The position numbers and the translations under genes were made by a program. Below the pieces are notes generated by a model. It was given only the letters and a program-made list of their open reading frames with translations. It had not been told where the DNA came from and did not search any database. Of a stretch of 64,000 nt of DNA, positions 35,383 to 48,977 are shown in pieces; within the stretch, counting starts at the first letter, position 1, and each line of letters starts with the position of its first letter. The stretch lies in contig CM059433.1 of NCBI GenBank assembly GCA_030390025.1, forward strand, positions 19,594,001 to 19,658,000. Reading direction: 5' to 3'. The stretch is from Squalus acanthias (lineage: Eukaryota).

Positions 35383-36805
35383 AGTTCGGGAATGTTGTGC
35401 TGGATATATGCAAGTCAGACAATGTCAATATCAGGCCTTCGAAGCACACTCATGCCAAGAAGGTCATTATTTCAGAAACGTTTTACAGAGCTCATTGCTG
35501 ATCCTTCGGGGAGGCAATATGCTTCAGCAGTTATTTCGTTCAGCCAGGCTCTGTTGTGTCTTTTGATTGCTGATTAGAAAACTCAAGTGCCTGTGAAACC
35601 TAAACTTAAGCAAGCGGTTTCTTATGACGGGGATGTCTAGCAGGGTGTCTCTCGGGAAAGGAGGTTGAGTGACAGCTTCATGCCCTGCAGAGAAATATAT
35701 TCTGTAGCTTTTTTCCATTTTGGAAGTTCGTCCTGTTGTGGAAATGAATACGTCAAGGCTCCATGTGGTGGACTGAACTGTGTATAAGTTTTTCTGTTAC
35801 TGATGCTAGCCCAGATTCAGTGTTCTTAGGAGAATTAAGTAAAGTATTGCATCTTTTATGGTTTTGCAACCAAGAATTGCACATTCAGTGTTGGAAGTTA
35901 ATGAATCCTCCTGTTTCAAATTCTTGCTACCATTTTAATTGCTTCTTTAATAACAGGCTGGAGGGGCTGAATGGCCTACTTATGTTCCTATGTTCTGTCG
36001 TAAACCTGATTCATGGATTCTCGTCAAAAATCAAAGTTCTGACAGTATAATTCTTACATTATGTGAAGACAGGAGGATATGAGAGGATTCATATCATTTT
36101 CAATGAGGATGTTACAGTAACATAGGTGTTCTGTTCAACCCAGGGCGATGCTAATTTGCGAGATATTTTTCACATGAAGTTATACTTTGTTTTTTACGGA
36201 ACTTTTAATGGCCACTAGCTTCGCCGTACGATGTTGCTTCTTGCCGAGTGGTCTTGCTGAATGTGATGGTGCAACTCTGTCACTGCATCCCCTACTAAAC
36301 CTTGGACTTTTTCGGCCCACTTCTACAGTCACTACCAGGTTACTGCGACTGGTATTAGAGACCCAATGTGTAGCAGAGTAGTGGGAATTGACAGTGTGCA
36401 GCCCTTTATTGCTCTTGCTGGTCCTCCTCTGTCAGGTCTAGTGAAGCACTGAGTGCAGTTCCCAAAGTGCCTGGAAACCTAAAACACGGAAAGAAAATCT
36501 GCAGTAGCAAATGAAGACACCAGCTTTTTGACTGTAACTGCTCCCACAGTGCCTGTTCAGTTTACTGAGATGGGAAACATCGAACAAGTGATGCCTGAGT
36601 GTGACATTATGGGGCGCTTCACTCTTGAGTACCAAAAATACTGGGTTAATTGGTCTGCTGTACAAATTGAGTGCTTTAGCATTTAAACTAGAAGTCCTTC
36701 AGTGAGCAATTTTGCAACAGGCAATAACTGAGTATTTCGCAAACATTATAATGGACTCTGACATTGCTGGCCACTCACAGATTTTCAACCACAATTGAGC
36801 TTAAT

Positions 36806-37830
36806 ACAACAACAACAACAACAAGTTGCATTTCTATGGCGCCTTCAACGTAGTAAAACATCCCAAGGTGCTTCACAGGAGCGTTATCAGACAAAACATG
36901 GAAATCAGACACTGAGCCAAAGGAGGAGACATTAGGACAGGTGACCAAACGCTTGGTCGAAGAGGTAGGTTTTAAACAGGATCCGAAAGGAGGTGAGAGA
37001 TGTGGAGAGGTGAAGAGGTTTAGGGAGGGAATCCCAGCGCTTAGGGCCTAGACAATGCTGGAGTGAAGAAAGTGGGCAATGCACAAGGCCACAGCTGGAA
37101 TACTGTGTGCAGTTCTGGTCGCCACACTATAGGAAGGATGTGATTGCATTGGAGAGGGTGCAGAGGAGATTCACCAGGATGTTACCTGGGCTGGAGCGCT
37201 TCAGCTATGAAGAGAGACTGGACAGGCTGGGGTTGTTTTCCTTAGAGCAGAGAAGGCTGAGGGGGGACCTGATTGAGGTGTACAAAATTATGAGGGGCAT
37301 AGATAGGGTAGATAGAAAGGAACTTTTCCCCTTAGTAGAGGGGTCAATAACCAGGGGGCATAGTTTCAAGATAAGGGGCAGGAGGTTTAGAGGGGATTTG
37401 AGGAAAAACTTTTTCACCCAGAGGGTGGTTGGAATCTGTAACTCACTGCCTGAAAGGGTGGTAGAGGCAGGAACCCTCACAACATTCAAGAAGCATTTAG
37501 ATGAGCACTTGAAACGCCATAGCATACAAGGCTACGGACCAAGTGCTGGAAAATGGGATTAGAATAGATAGGGCTTGATGGCCGGCGTGGACACGATGGG
37601 TTGAAGGGCCTCTTTCTGTGCTGTATGACTCTATGACAAGATGCCTGCGTTGGAGGAAAGCAAAGTTCTCAGAGGGTTTTACGACTGGAGCAGGTTACAA
37701 AGAAAGAGATAGAGATAGAGAGAGGGAGAGGCCATGGAGGGATCTGAACATGAGGATGAGAATTTTAAAATCGAGGCATTAGTGGACCGGCAGCCAGTGT
37801 AAGTCAGTGAGCACAGGGGTGACGGGTGCT
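36806..37830 (-). mobile_element. L2 3' fragment (minus) split by a plus-strand CR1 3' fragment at ~37086-37635
   Basis: (caa)n tail and reverse L2 sequence matching 9300-9610 and 7270-7390; CR1 ORF 37107..37562 (RRLRGDLIEVYKI). Confidence 0.85.
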
Positions 37831-38231
37831 ATTCTCATATTCTCAATTCACTGTCAGTTCAACAGAATCCTTGAGCTCCAGAGGGTGGCACACATCAGCC
37901 CTGGAGAAATCCTTTGCCTGGTGGGCAAGAATTCCAGCCGTGTCCATGCAATTGCTAGCGGTTGAATGTTTTCAACCAGCAGCTCCGTATCAGTTCTGAG
38001 AATCCGTGTTCTCATTTTGCCTGGCACTGTTTGAGAGCATCTGCTTTTGATCCTTTGAATTGCAGATTATCCAGAAGGCCTTTGAGCATGTTCCATGCTT
38101 TGGCAAAATGTGCTGTAGCATTATGGAGGCACACCCAGTGGCGAGGAACAACAGCTGGAGATGTTCTGCATTCAAGGTGTTCTTGGCTCCTGAAATCACA
38201 AAGGAGATCAGTGAGTTTACAAGCTTATCTA

Positions 38232-38630
38232 AACAAAGAAAAGAGAAGGCAGAGTGGTGACCTGATAGAGGTCTTTAAGATTGTGAAAAGGTTTGATAGG
38301 GTAGACGTAGAGAAGATGTTTTCACTTGTGGGGGAGATCAGAACTAGGGGCCATAAATATAAGATAGTCACGAATAAATCCAATCGGGAATTCAGGAGAA
38401 ACTTCTTTACCCAGAGAGTGACGGCAATGAGGTACTCGCTACCACAGGGAGTAGTTGAGGCACAGATGCATTTAAGGGGAAGTTAGATAAACACATGAGG
38501 GAGAAAGGAATAGAAGGTTATGCTGATAGGGTTAGATGAAAAGGGGTGGGAGGAGGCTCGTGTGGAGCACAAACCAGTTGGGCCGAATGGCCTGTTTCTG
38601 TGCTGTACATTCTGTGTAATTCCATGTAAA
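38232..38630 (+). mobile_element. CR1 3' fragment
   Basis: GDLIEVFKIVK..TRGHKYKI..RRNFFTQRV plus 3'UTR. Confidence 0.85.
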
Positions 38631-40080
38631 TATAGCCCCAGAGCCAACCAGAAAGGACTTCACATCAATTATTTCTTCAGTGGCAATTCCTGCATTTGTA
38701 CTGATATGGATGACGAGACCATGTCACGAAACTCAGAGGACATCTGACTTGAGATCAAATTTTATTTCTTGTGCATATTTTGTCATGTCTGAGGCTAAAT
38801 CAGTGCCAAATGCTGTTACGTGCTCCCATGACAGACCACATCATATCAAAATGTTGACACTGCAACTGCTCACTGTTGATAGAGACAGGAATAAAGTGCA
38901 TTTATAAACCACTGCTGGCTTCTTCACTGAAACAAGAACTGCAAGGGCAGAATGATCGAAAGCATTCATAGATTCTCCAGGCACAGTGCTTGACATGATC
39001 CTTCAATGCACTCCTTTGTCTTTACAGTTATTGCACTGTCAATTTTAAATAAAAACAGTAAAATACTGGAAATTATGATGCAGGCCCATTAGCACCCTCT
39101 GGTTTTACATACGTTGTCAGAACTCCCATAGTGCTTTGGGGCTATAGACAGCGACTGTACATTGGAACTGGAATGAGTTGGAATCAGAATTCAGGTCAGA
39201 AAAAGCAAGTATGGGTTTTTGGGAAGTCAGAAGAAGCATTTTAGTTCCAACCCAGGTAAAATCAATACAAAAACAAAAAATTATCGGAGGATAATAGAAC
39301 ATGAAAACAAAAAGGTGAAAATTGAATAAAATAAATGAATACTTCAGGGAGAAAAACTGGAATGTTTAAGTGAAAAATCAACAAAAACTGCCGAGTTCTC
39401 TTGTACTCTGCATGAGATTGAACCAGCGACTTGACTCAAGCTGTCTTGCTTAATTATATACAAAATAAAGCCTGCTGAAACTGGCTAGTTTGTATTGTTG
39501 AGATAGTAACCGAGACAGTGGCTTTTGTCCTCTGCAGAATGGCACCTGGTCTGGAATTTAATTGAGTGACAACATGATTTTCTGTGTCTCAGTGAACTGT
39601 TTGTGTGCCCAACTGTGTATAGGATGCTATCTGAATTTAGCAACAAAAAGGCCTCTTAAAAGGAAACCATTTGAGTTTGTGACATTAATATGCATCTCCA
39701 CTTGTTGGGAACAGCAAAGGAAATCTTTTGAGTGACATCAATATTAGCTTTTCCCAGACAGATAAAGTGATACTCCTCACTTGTATAACTGAACAGTCTA
39801 GCATCCTGACTGACACTGTCTGCAGTTCGAGACCACTTCATTCTGTTGCTGTTATAGATGTTGGTATATTATCAGCACAACTTAGCAGAGATGAGAATCA
39901 ATATAATTGCTGAACCTTAATTGATATAAATTGAACCAATTCATATCTCTTGAACTAGATGATTGGGAAATAAGTTTGATCTGGGTTTAACTGACTTCAC
40001 TCAGCCATTTAGATTTCAACATTAGGAAATGGGAAGGATGTAAAATGTGCTATTTGGGCACAGAACTTGTTAACAACAGT

Positions 40081-40534
40081 GGGCTGGATTTTGAATGACC
40101 CATGGAGTCGGGTTTGGAGGCGTGTGGGAGGTTAAATTTGCGGGGTTGGGGGTCCCGACCCCATCCTGACTCCATCCCGCCTCCACGCAATTTTGACAAA
40201 ATCAGTCGCGGGGTTCCCGACTCCGTCTCGCCTCCAAGAGGCGGGAGAGGCCATTAAAGCCCTTAACAAGCCCTAAATTGGCTCTGTAATGCCATTTTGA
40301 AAAGTTTTAGCTAGTTTAACCCTTTTCCGACGTGAAGTACGCCTGATGTGAAACACTCTAGTGAAACCTGGCGGGAGCACAAGTGATAGCACTGACTATC
40401 AGCTATAGGTCCACTATTACAACGGAGATGTGATGAAGGTGGTAGTAGTATTAGGTCTGAAAGTCGCCTCTGATGCTGCTGCATTGAATGTCTTCAGAGA
40501 CTGCATGGCCTTTGCTGTGAGAGGACTTGGATGC

Positions 40535-40572
<38 letters not shown>

Positions 40573-40843
40573 CCAGGTCCACTCACAGCAAATGCCAGGC
40601 AGATCCTCTCTCACCAACATCCAGTCAGTCTCCGAGACCAGGCAGGCAGTCAGCAATGATGACATCATCAGAGGCGACTTTCAGACTGAAACCACTAATT
40701 AGTTCATGGTTCCCACATGCTGGAACTCAATTGCCCAATTAAGTGAAAATTGCATCATTCATCCACATTAATCTAGAGTCAGGGAGGGAACAGAAAATGC
40801 GGATGACATGACCCCAACCCGACCCCAAGACAAATTCCAGCCA
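40081..40843. mobile_element. Harbinger-type MITE family A, copy 3
   Basis: Left TIR intact, right TIR slightly mutated (caaattccagcca); flanks agt/att. Confidence 0.88.
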
Positions 40844-41448
40844 ATTGTTTCCAACATAACCTTAGTGTCTTTCTGCCCTATGTGATGAGCCATTATACCA
40901 AGCATTTCAAATTGTGATTAAAAAAAACCCCACCAATCATACGCAGCCACGGGGGAAGGCACCTGAGGTGAAACCGTATTGACATGGGCACCTGCCGTTT
41001 ATACGGTAATTATAGGACCATCCTGACTCCATGAACTCTGGTAGATCAGCACCCACTGGGTGCATTCCGGCACTTACACTGAGATGCACCCCCAGCTGGT
41101 GGTGCTGGGATCACTGAGAGGAGACACCTTCCTAAGATATTAACTCATTGTTTACTGTCATGGAAGTCTGCTCAGATCCCATTTGCTAAAATACAATCTT
41201 CAAAGAGAGTACTTCTATATAAAAATGATCCAATGTATAAATGCTAGGCCATGTAGACGTTCCTCAGGTTTCTATTCATTATGTTTCACCCCAAGTCAGG
41301 AGCTGGGACAGGGATGGGGGTCTGTGGATAGGGAGTTTGACCTGCTACCATGTTGACTAGATGTGGCACTGAAAAACTGGCAAGTTAACTAAAACAAATA
41401 GGAAATAAAGTAAAATGTTAAAACAGAATCAGCAAGAAGTAATATAAA

Positions 41449-42307
41449 GGGGGGTGATTTTGCCAACGGGGGCGCTTTGGAGGCGGGACTGCTGCGTGTC
41501 GGGTCGATGTCCCGCCTCCATCGATTTGTGGCCAACCAACGCTATTTTCCCTTGATTGACCTTGTTAAGCCCGCACAGCGGGCTTAGCAGGCCAATTAAG
41601 GGAAAGCCGGTTGCAGAGCACGTCAACGTACGACGTTTCATCTGTCAAAAATTTTTGACAGATGAATTGTCATTGTTTGACAGCTCTGTGAAGCTGTCAA
41701 ACGGTGACATTCTCTGCATTTTGATGAGGTCTTGCATACAAGACCTCATCAGCCTTCTTTCTTTTACAGAAATGAAATGGTTGTTGCACCTAAGAATGCA
41801 ACGGCCATCTCTCATCTGCAACACGGAGGTCCGAGACTCTCCGCATACACACCGACTGAAGCCTGCAGGAAGAAACAAAGGTGAGTACACTTTTACTAAC
41901 ACTTTGCACTTACCTCAGATACTCACCTCTCCACACTTGCACCCATCACTTACCTTCACAGCACACTTTTGCACCCCCCCCACCACCCCCCCGACCCCCC
42001 GCAGACCCAGTACTCGCTGAGCTGAGCTGGTGGGATTTGGAGCCTTCAGGAAGCCCGCACTTGTGAGGGCAAAAAGGGGATAATCCTATTTTCTACCTGT
42101 TAACTACCTGTTAACAGACAGTTAATAGGCTTTAATCCCTTCCTGCCTCCAAGGAGACGGGACCCGGCGCGGGATGGCTACCCGCCTCCTGGGAAGATGG
42201 CATGGAGGCGGGTTGGGGGCAGTTAGGCAACCCGCCCCCAAATTCTGCCATTTTCCCGGCTGTCCCGCCTCCATACCCGCCTTCCCAGGGCTGGCAAGAT
42301 TGTGGCC
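41449..42307. mobile_element. Harbinger-type non-autonomous element
   Basis: Imperfect TIRs (..gattttgcca / tggcaagatt..), repeated subterminal ggaggcggg/cccgcctcc motifs as in MITE family A, AAA flanks. Confidence 0.6.
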
Positions 42308-43799
42308 AAAGTGTTGAATAGTGGAAATAAAAAAGGGAGGCCAGAGAAGTTAGAGTAAATAGAGAACAAAGAGCTGAGGTAAAGATTTAAAAGCATTTAC
42401 TTTAGTAGCAGGTCATCAATATTACATTAGTAAGGATCTTTCAGCTTTTATTTTATATTTTAAGCAGTGGCAATATTTTTTCCATTTTATCTCCTATAAA
42501 GGAGCCCTGAATAGGTTAGGCCAGCTAATTTCCAACATGCTCTTTCTTGTATTTTCAGGCAAGGTGGCCCCACTGCACTGGTGCTACATCTGTCCTATGG
42601 AGATGCATGATCTGCAATAGTGTATAACTCATGGTCCCGAAACAACTTAGCAGAATCGCCTTGTGTGCAAATGTGATCGTTGACTGCGCCTTTTCTCTTT
42701 ACTTTGAACAATATTTATGACCTGCCTATAGAGATAAAAGGGTCATTCTTCAAAATAGTGTCCGAGGTTTTTGCCTTCATGGACCCTTGGGGCCACACAT
42801 TAAAGTTTCCATCCATGTTCCCATTAACCTGCATATATCGCAATTTTCTGATACTAATGGGTTCTGATGTTTTGATTTAAGATTTATCCACCAGTGAGAC
42901 ATCAGCACTAAAATAGCCCTGCCCAAACCTCCAGGTCCATTAAATTAAACAGGACAAATAAAGAATAGGAAGTATAAATTTAAATAGGGCCACGTCGTGG
43001 GCTTTAAGGGCTGGATTGCCAAGGTTCAAGGACTACATGTGGCCCATGGACTGTGATATGGGCATTCTTATTCTAAAGCTTTCTACCATACCACTTACAT
43101 AGAATTACATAGATTTTACAGCACAGGAACAGGCCATTCGGCCCAACTGATCTATGCCGGCGTTTACACTCCACACAAACCTCCTCCAACCCCTCTTCAT
43201 CTTCATGTTGCGTGTGTCTCGGGAGCGGGCAAGGTCTTCCTTTAAATCAATCCTTTTAGAGATTATTTTATTTTTCGTATTGCCGTAGCAGTGTGTACCT
43301 ATAAATTAGTGCTCCACAAAGGCATAGAAAACTGGGAGATTTATAACAGATTTATTCCTGTATGAGCACACTTGAGTCTTTTTTCAATGGAAAATGTATG
43401 GATGTATACTATGTGCAAATCAATACACTTCTTTTAGTTTCACGTTGCAATTCATCAAAAAAATCATTTTCCAATTGACTTCTAGACTTTTTTTTTTCAT
43501 TTTAATGTGCATTTGCAAAGAGCTTCATTGCTTCTGGAGTGCTGCCTTGCCAAAGGCCAAAGTTTTTGCGGAAAAAATAATTTCACCAACTGAACACAGG
43601 GCACAAGTTACAGGGAAGATGAGTATAGCTGTCACTGGATGTGATTTCTTCCTTCTCAGTTTCCCTGATTAAAAAAAGTAATTTAAGAATCTTCCAAAAT
43701 AAAGAAAAAAAAATGCCTCCGCTTGCCTAATCATAAAGCCGAAACATCTGGTCAACGATATGGCCAGTTCCGTGATCCAAGGGGAGAGTACATTGTAGG

Positions 43800-44680
43800 A
43801 AGGACTTATATATTTATTTAAATAGAGCCTTACACGACCTGGGGGTATTGCAAAGCACTTTATAGCCAATTAAGTACTTTTGAAGTGTAGTCACTGTTGT
43901 AATGTAGGAAATAGAGCAGCTAATTTGTGCACAGCAGCATAATGACCAGATAATTTATTTTAGCGATGTTGGTTGAGGGACAGTGGGCGAACTCCACTGC
44001 TCTTCTTCGAAAAGTGCCATGGGGTGCTTTACGTCCACCTGAGAGGGTAGATGGGGCTTCGGTTTAACATCTCATCTGAAAGATGGCGCTAAAAACAGTG
44101 CAGCACTCCATCAGTACTGCACTGGAGTATCAAAGAAAGACTTGCATTTATATAGCGCCTTTCACAACCACTGGACGTCTCAAAGCGCTTTACAGCCAAT
44201 GAAGTACTTTTTGAAGTGGAGTCAATGTTTTAATGTAGGAAACGCGGCATCCAATTTGCGCTCAGCAAGCTCCCACAAACAGCAATGTGGTAATGACCAG
44301 ATAATCTGTTTTTGTTATGTTGATTGAGGGATAAATATTGGCCAGGACACTGGAGATAACTCTCCTGCTCTTCTTCGAAAATAGTACCATGGGATCTTTT
44401 ACATCCACCTGAGAGAGTAGACGGGGCCTCATTTTAACATCTAATCTGAAAGACAGCACCTCCAACAGTGCAGCACTCCCTCAGTGTGGAGTGTCAGCTT
44501 AGATGTATTGTGCTCAAGTCTCTGGAGTGGGACTTGAACCCACAGCCTTACTGATACAGAGGTGAGGGTGGTACAGCTGACACAGCCTAAATGGTGCGCT
44601 CAAGTCTCTGGAGTGGGACTTAAACCCACAATCTTCTGACTCAGAGGCGAGAGTGCTACCACTAAACCAAGTAGACACCT
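43800..44680 (-). mobile_element. Two adjacent or nested tRNA-SINE copies
   Basis: Copy ~44132-44582 sits between the body (43800-44130) and a head (~44585-44680) of another copy. Confidence 0.8.
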
Positions 44681-44736
44681 TAAATGAGTTGATCTACTTT
44701 CAATGTCTTCTTGTTCTTCAAATAAGTCTTAAACTA

Positions 44737-45858
44737 TTCTTCTCTTCTTAGGCAGTCCCTCGGAACCGAGGATGATTTGCTTCCACGTTAAAAATGAGTT
44801 CTCAGGTGGCTGATGAGTCCAATGCGGGACCTACAGTCTCTGTCACAGGTGGGGCAGACGGTGGTTGAAGGGGCGGGTGGGTGGGGTGCTTGGGCTGACG
44901 TGCGCTCCTTGCGCTGCTTGCGCTTGACTTCCGCTTGCTCCCGGCGAAGAGACTCGAGGTGTTCAGTGCCTTCCCGGATGCTTCTCCTTCACTTTTTGCG
45001 GTCTTGGGCCAGGGATTCCCAGGAGTCGGTGGGGATGTTACACTTTTTCAAGGAGGCTTTGAGCATTTCCTCTGCCCACCTGGGGCTCTCTTGCCGTGTT
45101 GGAGCTCCGAGTACAGCGCTTGTTTTGGGAGTCTTGTATCAGGCATGCGGACGATGTGACCCGTCCATTGGAGCTGATCGAGCGTGGTCAAAGCTTCGAT
45201 GCTGGGGATGTTGGCCTGAGCAAGAACACTGACGTTGGTGCGCCTATCCTGCCAATGGATTTGCAGGATCTTGCAGAAGCAGCGTTGGCGGTACCTCTCC
45301 AGTGCTTTGGGGTGCCTGCTGTACATGGTCCATGTCTCTGAAGCATACAGGAGGGTAGGAATCACTACTGCTCTGCAGACCATGAGCTTGGTGCTGGGTT
45401 TGAGGTCCTGGTCTTCAAACACACTCTCCCTCAGGTGACCAAAGGCTGCACTGGCACACTGCAGGCAGTGTTGGACTTCGTCATCGATGTCTGCCCTTTT
45501 CGGCAGAGACGCCGTAATTGTGACCATCTTCAAGAAAGGTAACAAGTCCGATTGTGATAATTACAGAGGAGTCTCCCTGCTGTCTGCCACAGGGAAAGTC
45601 ATCGCAAGAATCCTCCTCAATCGCCTTCTCCCAGTGGCTGAAGAGTTCCTCCCAGAGTTGTAATACGGATTCCGCCCACTAAGTTGCACAATGGACATGA
45701 TCTTCACTGCATGTCAAATACAAGAGAAATGCAGGGAACAGCACCAACCGCTGTACATGGCCTTCTTTGGCCTCACAAAGGCCTTCAACACTGTCAACCG
45801 TGAGGGATTATGGCATGTCCTCCTCAAATTCGGCTGCCCTCAAAAGTTTGTCACCATC
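44737..45858 (-). mobile_element. RTE LINE insertion with 5' inversion
   Basis: 3' part on minus strand (44737-~45500), upstream RT part on plus strand (~45505-45858: IVTIFKKG..NYRGVSLL..DMIFTACQIQEKCRE..GCPQKFV); 9-bp TSD cttaaacta. Confidence 0.88.
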
Positions 45859-46341
45859 CTTAAACTACTATAATATTTCTGACTAACAAAAAAATATGAA
45901 TTTCAGAAGTTGTTCTCATTTAAAAAGAGAACTGTCTTTAAGTAAAACAACTCTTAACATTCTCACATTAAATTTATGCAAGGAAATGGATTGACACTGT
46001 AAGCCCAGTTCTTGCAGCTGGGTAAAGAGTGCTCCACGAGAAAAGCAACAAGCAAGATACTGGGACTTGAAACTGATTCACAGAACTGAAGTTGTTTTTA
46101 TCGGATCCAACGTAGATCTTTAAAACACTGAGAGGAATGGATCACTTGGATGCAAGTAGGCTATTTATTTGGCCCATGTAAGAAGAACCTGATGACATGA
46201 GGATAAAAATGAACAAGCCTCAATGAAGACTAGAGATGTGAAAGATTTTCCCTCCTTCCTCCAGAGTATTGGTTCCATGGAATAGACTCCCAGCAGAAAG
46301 CTGTTGGTGTTATCTCAATTAAAATTAGATAAACATAGGGA

Positions 46342-46579
46342 GGGTAGGTTTTCAACATGCTGCCTCAGCATAAAATCTACCCCGTATACTTTTAAGTGTG
46401 CAAGTGAAGTTACGGGGAATATTTTCAACTTGCCATCCAGGTGTAAAACTGGCATTGCGAATCGGCTGCCCGTTATAGAAACTGCCCCACCCTTCATTTC
46501 CATTGAAATTCAATTTAAAACCGGAGGCCAATCCGCAATGCCAGCTTTCTGCTGCAATGGCAAGTTGAAAATCAACCCC
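46342..46579. mobile_element. Small Harbinger-like MITE
   Basis: Imperfect TIRs gggtaggttttcaacatgc / gcaagttgaaaatcaacccc; lies within an old CR1 3' remnant. Confidence 0.6.
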
Positions 46580-46794
46580 AATGGTTAGAAATGGGCTGAA
46601 GATTATAAGGATAAGTGGACATCGAGATGATGATCGAATCTGTGGAACGTAATGGCTTATGAGCTGCTGCCAGCACGGAAACATCACGCAAAGGAAAGCA
46701 ACCAAAGATAAGTAATATCGGAAATAATGTTAGGTAGCTAGAGACTTTGCAGAACCTTTGCTCAGGGTCTACATGAGGTAGGTAGAGTCCTTTT

Positions 46795-47520
46795 AGAATA
46801 TACAGCACAGAAACAGGCCATTCGGCCCAACCAGTCCATGCTGGTGTTTATGCTCCACTTGAGCATCCTTGCATCCTTCCTCAACTAAATCTATCAGCAT
46901 AATCCTCTATTCCCTTCTCCCTCATATGCTTGTCCAGCCTCCCCTTAAATGCATCTATACTATTCGCTTCAACCACTCCCTGTGGTATCGAGTTCCACAT
47001 TCTCACCATTCACTGGGTAAAGAAGTTTCTTCTGAATTCCCCATTTGATTTCTTGGTGACTATCTCATATTGATGGCCTCTAGTTTTGCTCTTCCCCACA
47101 AGTGGAAACACTCTCTCTGTATCTACTCTATCAAAACCTTTCATAATTTTAAAGACCTTTATTAGGCCATCCCTCTGCCTTCTCTTTTCAAGAGAAGAGA
47201 CCCAGCCTGTTCATCCTTTCCTGTTAGGTATACCCTCGCATTTCTGGTATCATCCTTTTCAATCTTTTTGCACCCTCTCCAGTGTCTCTATATCCTTTTT
47301 GTAATATGGCCACCAGAACTGTACGCAGTACTCTAAGTGTGGTCTAACCAAGGTTTGATACAAGTTTAGCATAACTTCTCTACTTTTCAATTCTATACCT
47401 CTAGAAATAAACCCTAGTGCTTGGTTTGCTTTTTTTTGGCCTTATAAGCCTGCGTCTCTACTTTTACTGATTTGTATATTTGTACTCCCAGATCCCTTTG
47501 CTCCTCTATCCCATTTAGAC
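46795..47520 (-). mobile_element. CR1 3' fragment
   Basis: Reverse complement of the CR1 subfamily at 3500-3669 / 6518-7130. Confidence 0.85.
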
Positions 47521-48977
47521 TTGAGTTTCTAGTTAATGATGTGACTGAAGGTATTTGTGTAATGAGTCATAATGCAGGAAGTATTGTTTTGGTAGCTGTG
47601 TGTCACAACTTTGTGAATGGTTTTGATGAAGATTTCTTTCAGTCGATGTTTCCGGTACAACAATGAACAACGTGGAAATGAATTTACAATTAGCTCTTTC
47701 TAAGAACTGATACAGGCATAATGGGCCGAATGGCCTCCTTCTGTGCTGTGCGATTCGATAACATCACACTCAGTGACCAAAGAAATCTTTCTCCCATTAT
47801 TCACAAGGTCTGCGCTTAAAAACAAAATGTGAATGAGCAACAGGGGCCTGTTGAATGTGTTGGACAAAATTCTTTATTTTGATAACCAAAGGTTTAAATC
47901 GCACAGTGAATCAATGCCAAACCGCAGGTGGTGAAATAATGATTAGCCTGCAGGACGCTTGGAGACAACTGGAGGGAAGGGGAAGGGGAAGAAAAGGACG
48001 AAGAGGCAGTGAGAGACCAATTCAATAGTCCAACTTAGCACAGGTATGAGGCAATCTATTCAATTATTTAAATCCAATTAAAGTGAATTGTAAGATCAAT
48101 CAATTAACCTGTTGTCAGCAGCCTTGCATCATTTTTCATCTTATTCAGCTGCAATTTAAAGGTCACTGCCTTCATGATAAAATGTTTTGAGGAAAGCCTT
48201 TTTTGTTTGTTTTTCAACACTAATTTCTGTCAAACTGCCTTCTTGCATGAATTTGCATGTCATGTCATTATGATTAGAATAATGGGTGGCCCCTCTTATG
48301 TCTTCTCCCTCTCCAAAGGTTTACCAAGTGATTTTTGCCATGGAGAACATCATTTGTCTGCCCATATCGTCTTGGCTTTTGAATTCTACCCATTTCTCCT
48401 GCCTCCTTCTAAAAGCTACGTTTAGTACTGCCTAATCATTACCTTTGATTCACCTCATGTCCTGTGCTGTCCTATTCTTTTCAACCTTAGTGGGGTTCTG
48501 CACAATTGGCTTAGTGTCTTGCTTTTAGATCTTCCTTCCTTCTTGCATGCATCAGAAATATATGTGAGAAGACTGTTGTACTGACTATAAAATCTCACTG
48601 TTTTATTGAGAAACCCAGAGGTTTCCATCTGGGTCTAAAAGCAAGAAACAGGTTCAGAATGGATGGCCTGAAACAGAATATCAATATTTCATAATTTGAT
48701 AGTTCTATAATTTAATAAAATTACTACTATTTTTGGTGTAAACAAAAGTGAGTTTTAAAAAAAATTCAGACTTTCTCTCCCCTCTGTTATTAACTCTTCC
48801 TCATATTAGATCTGATGTTCAATATGTCCCAGATGTTTTGTTTTAAATGGAGAAAGCTTATTTCCATTACACACTCTCAGGCTGCCCCCGCCACACAGAC
48901 GGATTGAATTGTAAACAGGGGGCACAGCACTCAAATCAGGCTCACCAAGTAAATTTTGAAATAAAATTGGACATAAA

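Noticed and set aside
42540..42680. Possible host exon after a strong acceptor (ttcttgtattttcag|G)
   Set aside because: All three frames stop within ~25 codons and no convincing donor or protein similarity was seen.
42914..43068. Possible decayed hAT MITE
   Set aside because: Only vague TIR-like similarity and no TSD.
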